Shown in pieces: positions 10,965 through 20,011 of a stretch of DNA of 64,000 nt. The stretch is from the NCBI GenBank assembly GCA_963738405.1, contig CAVTWJ010000009.1, positions 1 to 64,000 of the forward strand. Reading direction: 5' to 3'. Within the stretch, counting starts at the first letter, position 1. Every line of letters starts with the position of its first letter. The notes under the pieces were generated by a model that worked only from the letters and a program-made list of their open reading frames with translations, had not been told where the DNA came from and searched no databases. Position numbers and translations under genes: made by a program. The stretch is from a candidate division FCPU426 bacterium. Its GTDB lineage: Bacteria > Oederibacteriota > Muellerivitia > Muellerivitales > Muellerivitaceae.

Positions 10965-12077
10965 GACGACATCAACCTGACCTACGCTCCCCAGCTGGTT
11001 AATTTTTTCGGAGGCAACAGTTCCGCCTTCTTAAATTCTTACTATCAAATCAGCCCTGTGGTCTCCCTGTCAGTCCCCCTCTTCAAGGATTTCGGAGGCG
11101 CCCAAACCAATGCCGGGGTGAAGGCCGTCCAGTACGGCTTGGAATCGGCGCAAAAACTTTCGGCCTTCCAGCGCGAAGGCGTCCTCTATAACGCCAAGGT
11201 CGCCTATTGGAACCTGGCCCTCACCCGGGAAGAAGTGGATATCCGCCAAGACACCCTGGACCGCAGCCAAAAGATATGGGACTGGACCAAACGCCGGGTC
11301 GCGCGCAACCTGGCCGACCCCCCGGATGCCCTGCAGGCCGAGGCCTCGGTGCGGGAAGCAGAGCTTGATTTACAAACCGCCGAAAACCGCGAGCGCTCTG
11401 CCCGGCTGGCCTTTAACCGTTTCCGCAACGGCGCCACCGAGGATGTGCCCGAACAGCTGGAGGCCCTGGAAGATTCGCTGACCCTGGTGAAGGTGGATTT
11501 TCCCGCCGACTTACCCCAGCGCATCGACCTTCAGGCTGTGGAGGCCCAAACCCGCCAGGCTAAGGCCACCTACGACGAAACCTACCAGAACATTTACCCC
11601 GACATCACGGCCATCGCCTCCTGGCGGGGCAACGGCTTGGATCCCAATTTTTCCAACGCCAACACCACCGCTTTCGGCACCGACCATCCCACCTGGATGC
11701 TGGGGGCGCAGTTCAACCTGTCGCTGGATGTCTTCACGGCGCAGCGCACCGCCGAAGGCTACCAGAAGGAATACGAAAGCTCTCTCCTCACCCTCAAGGA
11801 CAAAAAACTGGAAGTGGACCAGGACTGGCGGGATATCCAGGCCAGGCTGGTCGATGTGGATAAGCGCCTGGCCATGTCCACCGATATCGAGGCCCTTCAA
11901 AAGCAAAACGCGGACGAGGAAAAACAACAGCTCGACCTGGGACGAACCACCCAGTTCCAGCTTCTCTCCATCGAGAACCAATATTCGCTGGCGCGGCTTA
12001 GCCGGCTCTCATTGGTTGCTGAAAAGCTGGGGCTCCTGGCCCAGGCCCAATGGTGGCTTACCAAGGAAAAGGAATAG
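10965..12077 (+). CDS. TolC-family outer membrane efflux protein (5'-truncated)
   Basis: Frame open from about 10965; SLSVPLF, AYWNL and GRTTQFQLL OEP-type helical motifs; upstream of an RND pump. Confidence 0.8.
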   Translation, partial: DDINLTYAPQLVNFFGGNSSAFLNSYYQISPVVSLSVPLFKDFGGAQTNAGVKAVQYGLESAQKLSAFQREGVLYNAKVAYWNLALTREEVDIRQDTLDRSQKIWDWTKRRVARNLADPPDALQAEASVREAELDLQTAENRERSARLAFNRFRNGATEDVPEQLEALEDSLTLVKVDFPADLPQRIDLQAVEAQTRQAKATYDETYQNIYPDITAIASWRGNGLDPNFSNANTTAFGTDHPTWMLGAQFNLSLDVFTAQRTAEGYQKEYESSLLTLKDKKLEVDQDWRDIQARLVDVDKRLAMSTDIEALQKQNADEEKQQLDLGRTTQFQLLSIENQYSLARLSRLSLVAEKLGLLAQAQWWLTKEKE

Positions 12078-12094
12078 AAAAAAGAGGAAGTTGA

Positions 12095-12524
12095 CGTCAT
12101 TGCGAGGAGCCATGCCGATAGGCATGGTTGGCGACGTGGCAATCTCAGGTTTTAGGGCTTGGGCCGGGATTAAACATGGATAAAAACGGATACGTTTATA
12201 TTCTTGCCAACAAAAACAACACGACCCTTTATACAGGGGTCACTAACGATCTAAAACGCAGAGTTTATGAACACAAAGAGAAGCTGTTTGAAGGTTTTTC
12301 GAAAAAGTTTAACTTAACGAAGTTGGTTTATTACGAAGTTTTGGACGGCATGTTGGAAGCCATTGAAAGAGAAAAACAGATTAAAAAATATTCCAGGATA
12401 AGGAAGATTGAGCTGATTCGGATTAAGAATGAAACGTGGAAGGATTTGTATGAAGGGTTATAGAAGCACAACTAAGATTGCAACGTCGCTAAACGCACCT
12501 ATCGGTGCAGCTCCTCGCAATGAC
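12095..12524. mobile_element. REP-bounded GIY-YIG element: inverted ~50-bp palindromic repeats flanking a GIY-YIG gene
   Basis: CGTCATTGCGAGGAGC..GCGACGTGGCAATCT at 12095-12146 and the inverted relative AGATTGCAACGTCGC..GCTCCTCGCAATGAC at 12475-12524. Confidence 0.8.
12176..12463 (+). CDS. Small stand-alone GIY-YIG nuclease (UPF0213-like)
   Basis: GYVYILAN..TLYTGVTNDLKRRVYEHK..LVYYE..AIEREKQIK; AT-rich relative to neighbours. Confidence 0.92.
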   Translation: MDKNGYVYILANKNNTTLYTGVTNDLKRRVYEHKEKLFEGFSKKFNLTKLVYYEVLDGMLEAIEREKQIKKYSRIRKIELIRIKNETWKDLYEGL

Positions 12525-12541
12525 AAAATGAGGCAAGGAAA

Positions 12542-15500
12542 ATGAACCTTCCCAAACTCGCCATCGAGCGCCCGGTTTTCATGAGCTGTGTGGTCATCCT
12601 CATCATGGTGCTGGGGATCATGGGCTACCGCTCACTCGGCGTGGATCTCTTCCCTGACGTGTCATTCCCCTTCGTCTTCGTGACGGTTCCTTATCAAGGC
12701 GCCAGCCCCGAAGAAATCGAAAGCCAAATTTCCAAGCCGCTTGAAGACGAGCTTAGCTCCATTCAGGGAGTCAAAAAGGTCATGTCCACCAACCAGGAAG
12801 GCTTCGGGGTTGTGACGGTTCAGTTCACGCTGGAAACCGACGCCAAGGACGCCGAACAACAGGTGCGCGACCGGGTGGCCTTCGTGAGGCCCAAACTGCC
12901 CAAGGGCGTGGATGAACCCATCATCCGCCGCTTTGACCCTACTGACCAGGCGGTGGCCATCCTGAGCCTCCAGGCCCCGGGCCTAACGGATGCTGAAATT
13001 TACGACCTGGCGGACCAGTACATCAAACCGAGACTCGCCGAGGTTCCCGGCGTGGGGGTCGTTAATATCATCGGGGGGCACAAGAGGGAAATTCAGGTTC
13101 AGCTGGACCGCGCCCAGCTCAACCGCTACCGCTTAAGCTCCGGCCAGGTGGCCGACAAAATCGGCTTGAACGGCATGAACGTGCCGGTGGGCAAGGTAGA
13201 CCTGGGGGTGAGCGAGCTTCTGTTTCGCTCCGTGGGCGAATACAACGACCTGGATCGCATCAAACGCACGCCCGTCAACTTTTTCGGCTCCGATGTTTCC
13301 GTGACCGTGGACAAACTGGGCCAGGTGGTCGACACGGTGGTCGACCCGGACAGCTTCAGCTTCGTCAACGGCAAGCCCACCCTGGTGCTGGAAGTTTATA
13401 AGCAGTCCAAAGCCAATACGGTGGCCGTGGTCGACGGCGCCTTGAAACAAATGAACACGATCAACGAGTACCTCAAAACGAAAACCGGCTCGCCTGAACT
13501 TTCCCTCATCCAGGAACTGGCCCGCCCGGTGCGCATGAACCTGAAGGATGTGCAGTTCACCATCATGCAGGGCATCATCCTGACCATCCTGGTGGTGCTC
13601 CTCTTCTTAGGCAGCTTCCGTTCCACCCTCATCACCATCACGTCCCTTCCGGTTTCCCTTCTCGGCGCCTTTTTTCTGATGAACACCCAGGGCTATACCC
13701 TGAACGTCATGACGCTTTTGGCCCTTTCCCTGGCGGTGGGGCTCTTGATCGACGATGCCATCGTGGTGCGGGAAAACATCTGGCGGCATATCGAGGAGGG
13801 CGTAGACCCTAAAAAAGCCGCCGTGGACGGCGCGATGGAAGTGGCACTCGCCGTCGTGGCCACCTCCTCGGTGATCATCGCGGTCTTTTTGCCCATCGCT
13901 TTCCTTAAAGGAATCGTGGGCCAGTTTTTTCGCGAGTTCGGTATGACGGTTTGTTTCGCCATGGCCATCTCCCTTTTCGAAGCCATGGTCATGGGGCCTT
14001 TGCTTTCGGCCTATTGGGCCAAAAAAAGTGTTCCCGGAAAAGACGAGGTTCCCTTCATAAGCCCGATCCTCAAGAGCTTCGACCGATTCCAAACCTTTTT
14101 AGAAGCGAAGTACGCGGTTCTCATCAATTGGTGTCTCGGGAACCGCAAGAAGGTGATCGGCTCGGCGGTTTTCCTTTTTATCTTCTCCATGGTGGGGCTG
14201 GGGCCCCACATCAAATTCACCTTCCTTCCCACGGCGGACGTGGGGGAATTCGTGGTGCTTTTGAAGGCGGCGCCCGGCACCTCGCTGGATGAAATGAAAA
14301 CTATGACGGAAACCGCGGCGCAGGTGATTCAAAAACACCCCGAAGTGGTGGTGCTTTCCGGTTCCATCGGGGGAACCGACGCCTCGGGCGCCACCTCGGG
14401 CGTCAACAAGGCGAGGCTCTATATCCGCCTCAAGCCCTATCAGGAGCGCAGCATCACGACCAGCCAGCTCATGGCCACCGTGCGAAAAGAACTGGACCCC
14501 TACCGGGATTCCCTCCAGCCCCAGGTGGCGGAAGCGGGCGCCTTCGGGGACGCGGCGCCGTTTAATTTGAATTTGGTCGGGGAGGATTACGCCACCCTGA
14601 TTCCCTTCGCAAGCCAAGTCGCGGATAAGATCCGGGAGGTGAAAGACCTGGCCGATGTGCAATCCACCTACGACGGGGGCAAGCCCGAGTTTCAGGCGGT
14701 GCTGGACCCGGAGCGCATGAAGGTGCTGGGGGTTTCCGGCGTGGACGCCGGGGAGGAACTGCGAACCCAAGTGGAAGGATTGGTGGCGGCCAAACTGCGC
14801 CAGCACGGGGAAGACTACGACATCCGGGTGCGTCTACAGGAAAACCAGCGCAACCTGGAACAGCAATACCCGGTCATCCTGGTGCCCAACCAAAACCATA
14901 ACATGGTGCGCTTGTCTGAAATTTCCCACCCCGTCACCACCGAGGGCCCTTCCCGCATCGACCGGCAGGACCGCGCCCGCTACATCATGATCTCGGGCCA
15001 GTTGGCGCCCGGCGGCGCCTTGGGCGGGGCCATCGATAAGGCCAAGGACATCATGAAGAACATCCAGATGCCCCCCGGCGTCACCTACTCGTTCGTGGGC
15101 CAGGCCCAGGACCTGCAAGATTTGATGGTGAGCATGATGGAGGCGGTAGGTTTGGCCATTCTCTTTACCTACATGATCCTGGCCAGCCTCTACGAATCGC
15201 CCATCATCCCCTTCACCATCATGCTGGCCATTCCGCTGGCGGTGGTGGGGGCCTTCTTCGCGCTCTTCATCGGGCAGATCTTTGTTCCAACCCTCTCGCT
15301 CAATATCTTCAGCATGATCGCCTTGATCATGCTTTTGGGGCTGGTGACGAAAAATTCAATCCTTCTCGTGGACTACACCCTTCAGATGATGCGAAAAGGC
15401 CACCCGAGGGATGAGGCCCTGAAGATGGCGGGCAAGGTGCGTCTGCGCCCCATCCTCATGACCACCTTCGCCCTCATTGCCGGGATGCTTCCGGTAGCGC

Positions 15501-15712
15501 TGGCCCTGACCGAAGTGGGCAAGTTTCGGCAGTCTATGGGCGTGGCTATCGAGGGGGGCCTCATCAGCTCGCTCCTCTTGACCCTGGTCATCGTGCCCTC
15601 GGTGTTCGGCTATGTGGATGATTTCAGGCTTTGGCTGAGGAAACTATTCGGTACCAAAGCGGACGAGCTGTCCCCTGTTAAGGTGCCCGTAAAGGTACGC
15701 CGAAAGAAGTAA
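12542..15712 (+). CDS. RND efflux transporter permease (AcrB/HAE1 family)
   Basis: 1056 aa; AIERPV, GLLIDDAIVVRENI, GLVTKNSILLVD, RLRPILMTT. Confidence 0.97.
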   Translation: MNLPKLAIERPVFMSCVVILIMVLGIMGYRSLGVDLFPDVSFPFVFVTVPYQGASPEEIESQISKPLEDELSSIQGVKKVMSTNQEGFGVVTVQFTLETDAKDAEQQVRDRVAFVRPKLPKGVDEPIIRRFDPTDQAVAILSLQAPGLTDAEIYDLADQYIKPRLAEVPGVGVVNIIGGHKREIQVQLDRAQLNRYRLSSGQVADKIGLNGMNVPVGKVDLGVSELLFRSVGEYNDLDRIKRTPVNFFGSDVSVTVDKLGQVVDTVVDPDSFSFVNGKPTLVLEVYKQSKANTVAVVDGALKQMNTINEYLKTKTGSPELSLIQELARPVRMNLKDVQFTIMQGIILTILVVLLFLGSFRSTLITITSLPVSLLGAFFLMNTQGYTLNVMTLLALSLAVGLLIDDAIVVRENIWRHIEEGVDPKKAAVDGAMEVALAVVATSSVIIAVFLPIAFLKGIVGQFFREFGMTVCFAMAISLFEAMVMGPLLSAYWAKKSVPGKDEVPFISPILKSFDRFQTFLEAKYAVLINWCLGNRKKVIGSAVFLFIFSMVGLGPHIKFTFLPTADVGEFVVLLKAAPGTSLDEMKTMTETAAQVIQKHPEVVVLSGSIGGTDASGATSGVNKARLYIRLKPYQERSITTSQLMATVRKELDPYRDSLQPQVAEAGAFGDAAPFNLNLVGEDYATLIPFASQVADKIREVKDLADVQSTYDGGKPEFQAVLDPERMKVLGVSGVDAGEELRTQVEGLVAAKLRQHGEDYDIRVRLQENQRNLEQQYPVILVPNQNHNMVRLSEISHPVTTEGPSRIDRQDRARYIMISGQLAPGGALGGAIDKAKDIMKNIQMPPGVTYSFVGQAQDLQDLMVSMMEAVGLAILFTYMILASLYESPIIPFTIMLAIPLAVVGAFFALFIGQIFVPTLSLNIFSMIALIMLLGLVTKNSILLVDYTLQMMRKGHPRDEALKMAGKVRLRPILMTTFALIAGMLPVALALTEVGKFRQSMGVAIEGGLISSLLLTLVIVPSVFGYVDDFRLWLRKLFGTKADELSPVKVPVKVRRKK

Positions 15713-15846
15713 ACGAGCGTCAAAGTTCCCGCCCCGCAAATTTTCCTTTTGCCGTTTAAAAAGGATATTTGCACATGGCCGGTTCTCCTTTTAAGGTTCA
15801 AAGGTTAACCGGCCGCCCTGAGGGGCGCGGAACCGCGGAAGGAGAG

Positions 15847-15880
15847 AGGGAGCCGGTTATCCGGCTCCCTTTTCTGTTTT
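15847..15880 (+). terminator. Rho-independent terminator
   Basis: AGGGAGCCGG-TTAT-CCGGCTCCCT followed by TTTCTGTTTT. Confidence 0.85.
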
Positions 15881-15976
15881 CAGCCGTATTAAGCCTTTTC
15901 CCTTTTTTGCCTGGATGTTTCTTTACACCCCATCGGAAGCATCGAATAATGGCGCCTACAACAAAGGGGGAGTTTT

Positions 15977-16981
15977 ATGCGATATTTTTTGTTATTCGTT
16001 TTTCTGGCCGGGGGATGTTTTCTTTTCCAATCGGGGTGCAGCAACAGCAATAGCGCCAGCGGTCCCACGACTATCTACCAAAACAATTCGCCTGCCTATG
16101 GAAGCCTTTGGAACAGGGCTACGGGCAGCGCCGGGTTCTCCCAACGAGATGGAATGGCTTCGGTGGTTTTTAACAATCAAATGTGGAGTCTGGGCGGATA
16201 CGACACGACCCAAGAAGGGGATGCCTGGTCCTCCTCCGATGGGGTTTCCTGGAGCCAGCAGGGGGCGGCGGGAGCCACCTTCACGGCGCGGGCCTTTGCC
16301 TCGGCCGTCACCTTCAACAACAAAATATGGGTCATGGCGGGGTTGGGCGGTTCCGGCGGTTTGGCGGATACCTGGTCCTCCTCGGACGGCGCCCATTGGA
16401 CCCAATCCGCCAGCGGGGCCTCGACCTTTACCAGCCGTTTCGGCCAAGCCAGTCTGGTCTTCAACAACAAGATATGGGTCATTGGAGGCTACGGGGCTAG
16501 CGGGGTCTTAAATGACGTCTGGTCCTCCTCCGACGGAGTCAGTTGGGCTTCCGTCACAACAGCCCCCTTTGCCGGCAGGGAATTCATGGGAGCTGCGGTT
16601 TACAACAACGCCATGTGGGTCGTCGCGGGGGAAAACGCCGATACCTACGCCCTTTACAACGATGTTTGGAATTCCACCGACGGATCCACTTGGACCCGGG
16701 TCGCGGCCCATACCGGCTTCGCTCCACGGGGCGGGCCTGGCCTGGTGGTTTACAACAACGCTCTTTGGCTGATCGCGGGGACCCACATCGGATCGAGCCT
16801 TATTCTCTACAATGACGTCTGGACCTCGACCGATGGGATCGCCTGGACCCAGGTGGTAGACCAGGCCAGTTTCCCCGGCCGGGACAGTTTTGGTTTGCTC
16901 GCCTTAAACAACCGGCTCTATCTCTTCGGAGGGGACGGCTCGACCACCGGATTGTTTAACGACGTCTGGAATACCCCCTAA
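15977..16981 (+). CDS. Kelch-like beta-propeller lipoprotein
   Basis: Hydrophobic signal ending QSGC; about six repeats of F..R....VFNNKIWV.GG..NDVWSSSDG..W. Confidence 0.85.
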   Translation: MRYFLLFVFLAGGCFLFQSGCSNSNSASGPTTIYQNNSPAYGSLWNRATGSAGFSQRDGMASVVFNNQMWSLGGYDTTQEGDAWSSSDGVSWSQQGAAGATFTARAFASAVTFNNKIWVMAGLGGSGGLADTWSSSDGAHWTQSASGASTFTSRFGQASLVFNNKIWVIGGYGASGVLNDVWSSSDGVSWASVTTAPFAGREFMGAAVYNNAMWVVAGENADTYALYNDVWNSTDGSTWTRVAAHTGFAPRGGPGLVVYNNALWLIAGTHIGSSLILYNDVWTSTDGIAWTQVVDQASFPGRDSFGLLALNNRLYLFGGDGSTTGLFNDVWNTP

Positions 16982-17164
16982 TAGGTTTTAAAGATGATGC
17001 TTAAAAATGGGCGGGTCTCTTTTGGGGATTCAAAAACCAAACCGGCCTATTCATATTGAATATCCCCGGTCTTTCTTACAAAACCCGTAACCTCTATCAA
17101 TTTCCAAAACTACTTTATAATGTGCCGCCTACAGGAAGCTTGACCTCACCCCTCAGGAGAAACC

Positions 17165-17878
17165 ATGGTTCATCCGCGCCTCTATTGGATTCCCTTTCTT
17201 ATCTTGGCCCCAATGGGTTTCACCCCTCCATCCGTCCTTCGGGCCGGAACCATCGAGGGAACCGTCACGGTCACCGCGCCCCCGCGCAAAGAAATCCAAA
17301 ACCATGACGATGGTGCGGAGAAGCCCGTGGACAGTTATTACGGGCGAGCCAAGCCCGAAGTCATGCCCGCCACCACGCCCCTGCCAGAAGAAATCGTCGT
17401 TTACTTAAGCAAGGTCCCGGGGCATTTCCACCCGCCCTCTCAACACGCCCAGCTGGATCAAAAGTTCGACCAATTCACCCACCGGGTACTTCCGATTTTG
17501 GCGGGCACGACGGTGGATTTCACCAACCACGACCCCATCTACCACAATATTTTTTCCAACTCTTTTGAAAACGAGAAGTTCGATCTCGGTCGGCGCAAAA
17601 GCGGCGAGACGGCCTCCGTTACCTTCGACCAGCCGGAAGTCCCTGTGAAGCTCTATTGCGAAATTCACCCCAAGATGCAAAGCAATATCCTGGTGTTGCA
17701 GAATCCCTTCTTCGCGGTGGTCCAGCCGGAAGGAACCTTTAAGTTTGACAAGGTCCCGGCGGGAACCTATACGCTCCGGGCATGGCACGATTACTGGTCG
17801 CCTGTATCCAAGAAGATCAAGGTCAAGAAAAAGGGAACCACCCGGGCGGATCTGACTCTTTCCTCCGTTAAGGATTAA
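17165..17878 (+). CDS. Periplasmic cupredoxin-like (MauL-type) protein with carboxypeptidase-regulatory-like domain, paralog 1
   Basis: GTTVDFTNHDPIYHNIFS..YCEIHPKM (H..C-x2-H-x2-M copper ligand set), PAGTYTLRAWH. Confidence 0.85.
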   Translation: MVHPRLYWIPFLILAPMGFTPPSVLRAGTIEGTVTVTAPPRKEIQNHDDGAEKPVDSYYGRAKPEVMPATTPLPEEIVVYLSKVPGHFHPPSQHAQLDQKFDQFTHRVLPILAGTTVDFTNHDPIYHNIFSNSFENEKFDLGRRKSGETASVTFDQPEVPVKLYCEIHPKMQSNILVLQNPFFAVVQPEGTFKFDKVPAGTYTLRAWHDYWSPVSKKIKVKKKGTTRADLTLSSVKD

Positions 17879-17880
17879 AA

Positions 17881-18615
17881 ATGGTTTCCCCGAGATTCCA
17901 AACTTTTTTCCTGACGGGAATCGTTTTTTTTGCGTTGGGCGGGTTTGGCTCAGGCCTTTGGGGGCAGGAGAACCCCTCCAACGGCACCGGCACCATCGAG
18001 GGGACCCTTCAAGTGACGGCCCCGGCCAGGGCCGAGGAAACTGACTCCACGGGAAATGATTACAACCCCTTCGGCTCTTCCGCCTACAGCTGGGCCTCCT
18101 CCCATAAGGTCCACGCGGCGCTTCCGGAAGAGATCGTGGTTTACCTGGAGGCGGTGAAGGGCTACTGGAAACCGCCCCAAGAACACGCCAAGCTGGACCA
18201 GAAATACACCCAGTTCACCCATCGGGTGCTTCCCATCCTCGCGGGAACGATTGTCGATTTCACGAACCACGATCCCATCTACCACAATGTTTTTTCCAAT
18301 TCCAAAAAGAACGCCTTCGACCTGGGAAAACGCAAGAAGGGCGAGACAGCCTCAGCGAACCTGAACCATCCGGAAATTCCGGTCAAGGTCTTTTGCGAGA
18401 TCCACGACAAGATGCGGAGCAACATTTTGGTTTTGCAAAACCCATTTTTCACCGTCGTCACCCCTGGCGGAACCTTTAAATTGGAATCGGTGCCCTGCGG
18501 TACCTATACCCTGGTAGCCTGGCACGACTTTTGGCAGCCGGTGAGAAAATTAATTACGGTCACGAAAAACGGCACGGTGGAAGCGGATATCGTTTTGGAT
18601 AAGGTTCAAGACTAA
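17881..18615 (+). CDS. Periplasmic cupredoxin-like protein, paralog 2
   Basis: GTIVDFTNHDPIYHNVFS..FCEIHDKM; strongly similar to paralog 1. Confidence 0.85.
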   Translation: MVSPRFQTFFLTGIVFFALGGFGSGLWGQENPSNGTGTIEGTLQVTAPARAEETDSTGNDYNPFGSSAYSWASSHKVHAALPEEIVVYLEAVKGYWKPPQEHAKLDQKYTQFTHRVLPILAGTIVDFTNHDPIYHNVFSNSKKNAFDLGKRKKGETASANLNHPEIPVKVFCEIHDKMRSNILVLQNPFFTVVTPGGTFKLESVPCGTYTLVAWHDFWQPVRKLITVTKNGTVEADIVLDKVQD

Positions 18616-18631
18616 ACCCAAAGGCGGAGTT

Positions 18632-19735
18632 ATGAAAAAAACGATCGGGGTACAAAGTCTTCTCTTGCCGATCCTGCTGACGCTGCTGCCGGTTGGGGCC
18701 TCGGCGGATGCCGGAAGGCAGGATTTCACCTTGGGGTTCGACGGCCTCTTTTTAGGCCAGGCTGCTTCCGATTCCCCCCAGCCTTCACAGTTTGCTTTTC
18801 AACAAGCCGACCTGACCCTTTCCGGCACCGTGGACCCTACTTGGAACCTCTTTGGGGACCTGAGGATCAATTCCGGAGGGTTGAGCCCTGAGGAAGTTTT
18901 CGCCGTCGCCAACCCCTTGCCTTGGCTACGCCTCCGGGCGGGGGAGATGTATGTGCCTGTCGGTAAGCAAGCCCTTCTTCGCCCATACGCCTATCCCTTC
19001 GTCCGTGAGCCCCTGGCCGTGGAAAACACCCTGGGAGATGACGGGCTGAATGAAGCCGGTGTGGAGGCCACCGTGACCGCGCCTTTCCCCTGGGATTGCG
19101 AGTTGGTACTGGGCGGCTACCAGGAAGCCGGGGCAAAAGGCGACAGCCCCTTGGATTTGGGGGGCACTTCATATGACAACTTCCCTTACCTTCTTCATTT
19201 GAAAAACCAGTTCGACCTGGGCGACGACACCACCCTGGAGGCTGGCGGGTCTTCCCTGACGGGCATGGGATCGAACGGCATCCACAACGCCGTTTACGGG
19301 GCGGATCTGACCTTTCAGTTTCTGTCCACGGGGGATGACGCGGCCGGGGGAGTGATCGTGCAAACTGAATACCTGAACCGCCTTTCTTATGATTCAACCG
19401 GGACTTACGCTCCGGGTTCGGACGGCTGGTACGCTTCCCTGCAATACCGCTGGACCCCCATTTGGTGGTCGGGCGTGAGGGCGGAAGAAGAATTCCACGG
19501 GTCCACCAATGATCTGGAAGAAGACAGCAATGCCGGAAGCCAGCCCGGCCACCTGCAAAGACTTTGCGTGAACCTGGCCTGGGTTCCTTCCGATTCTTCC
19601 TTTATACGGGTGGAATACGACCTGACCCGGGAAGACCCAGATGGGGGCGGAGCGACACTTTGGGATCACCGGATCCTGATCCAGCTCAATACCAGCATCG
19701 GATTGCATTTTTCCAACCCCGCCTCGAAGGGTTGA
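18632..19735 (+). CDS. Outer-membrane beta-barrel / porin-like protein
   Basis: Signal peptide (ASA), alternating amphipathic strands, GWYASLQYRW, FIRVEY, HRILIQLN. Confidence 0.7.
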   Translation: MKKTIGVQSLLLPILLTLLPVGASADAGRQDFTLGFDGLFLGQAASDSPQPSQFAFQQADLTLSGTVDPTWNLFGDLRINSGGLSPEEVFAVANPLPWLRLRAGEMYVPVGKQALLRPYAYPFVREPLAVENTLGDDGLNEAGVEATVTAPFPWDCELVLGGYQEAGAKGDSPLDLGGTSYDNFPYLLHLKNQFDLGDDTTLEAGGSSLTGMGSNGIHNAVYGADLTFQFLSTGDDAAGGVIVQTEYLNRLSYDSTGTYAPGSDGWYASLQYRWTPIWWSGVRAEEEFHGSTNDLEEDSNAGSQPGHLQRLCVNLAWVPSDSSFIRVEYDLTREDPDGGGATLWDHRILIQLNTSIGLHFSNPASKG

Positions 19736-19753
19736 AGTTGTGTTAGGGTTTGA

Positions 19754-19889
19754 TGTCATTCCGAGGAGCAGAGCCGATAGGCTCGACTTGCGACGTGGGA
19801 ATCACAGGTTTTGCGGTAGTTTTTAAGTCATCACACTGAGATTGCCACGGTTCAAAACGCCCCGATTGGGGCTGAACCTCGCAATGACG
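19754..19889. repeat. Gene-less inverted REP doublet (REPIN-like), same family as 12095-12524
   Basis: TGTCATTCCGAGGAGC..GCGACGTGGGAATC and GAGATTGCCACGG..CCTCGCAATGACG. Confidence 0.85.
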
Positions 19890-20011
19890 GCTTTTGAAAA
19901 TTTATTTTAAAACTTTAAAACACAGGATTGATTTACCCTTGAAAAGCGGGCTCTATACCGGCTAAGGTTCTAGCGTTTCCCGTGCCGTTTTTTAAAACCC
20001 AAAGGTTGTCC

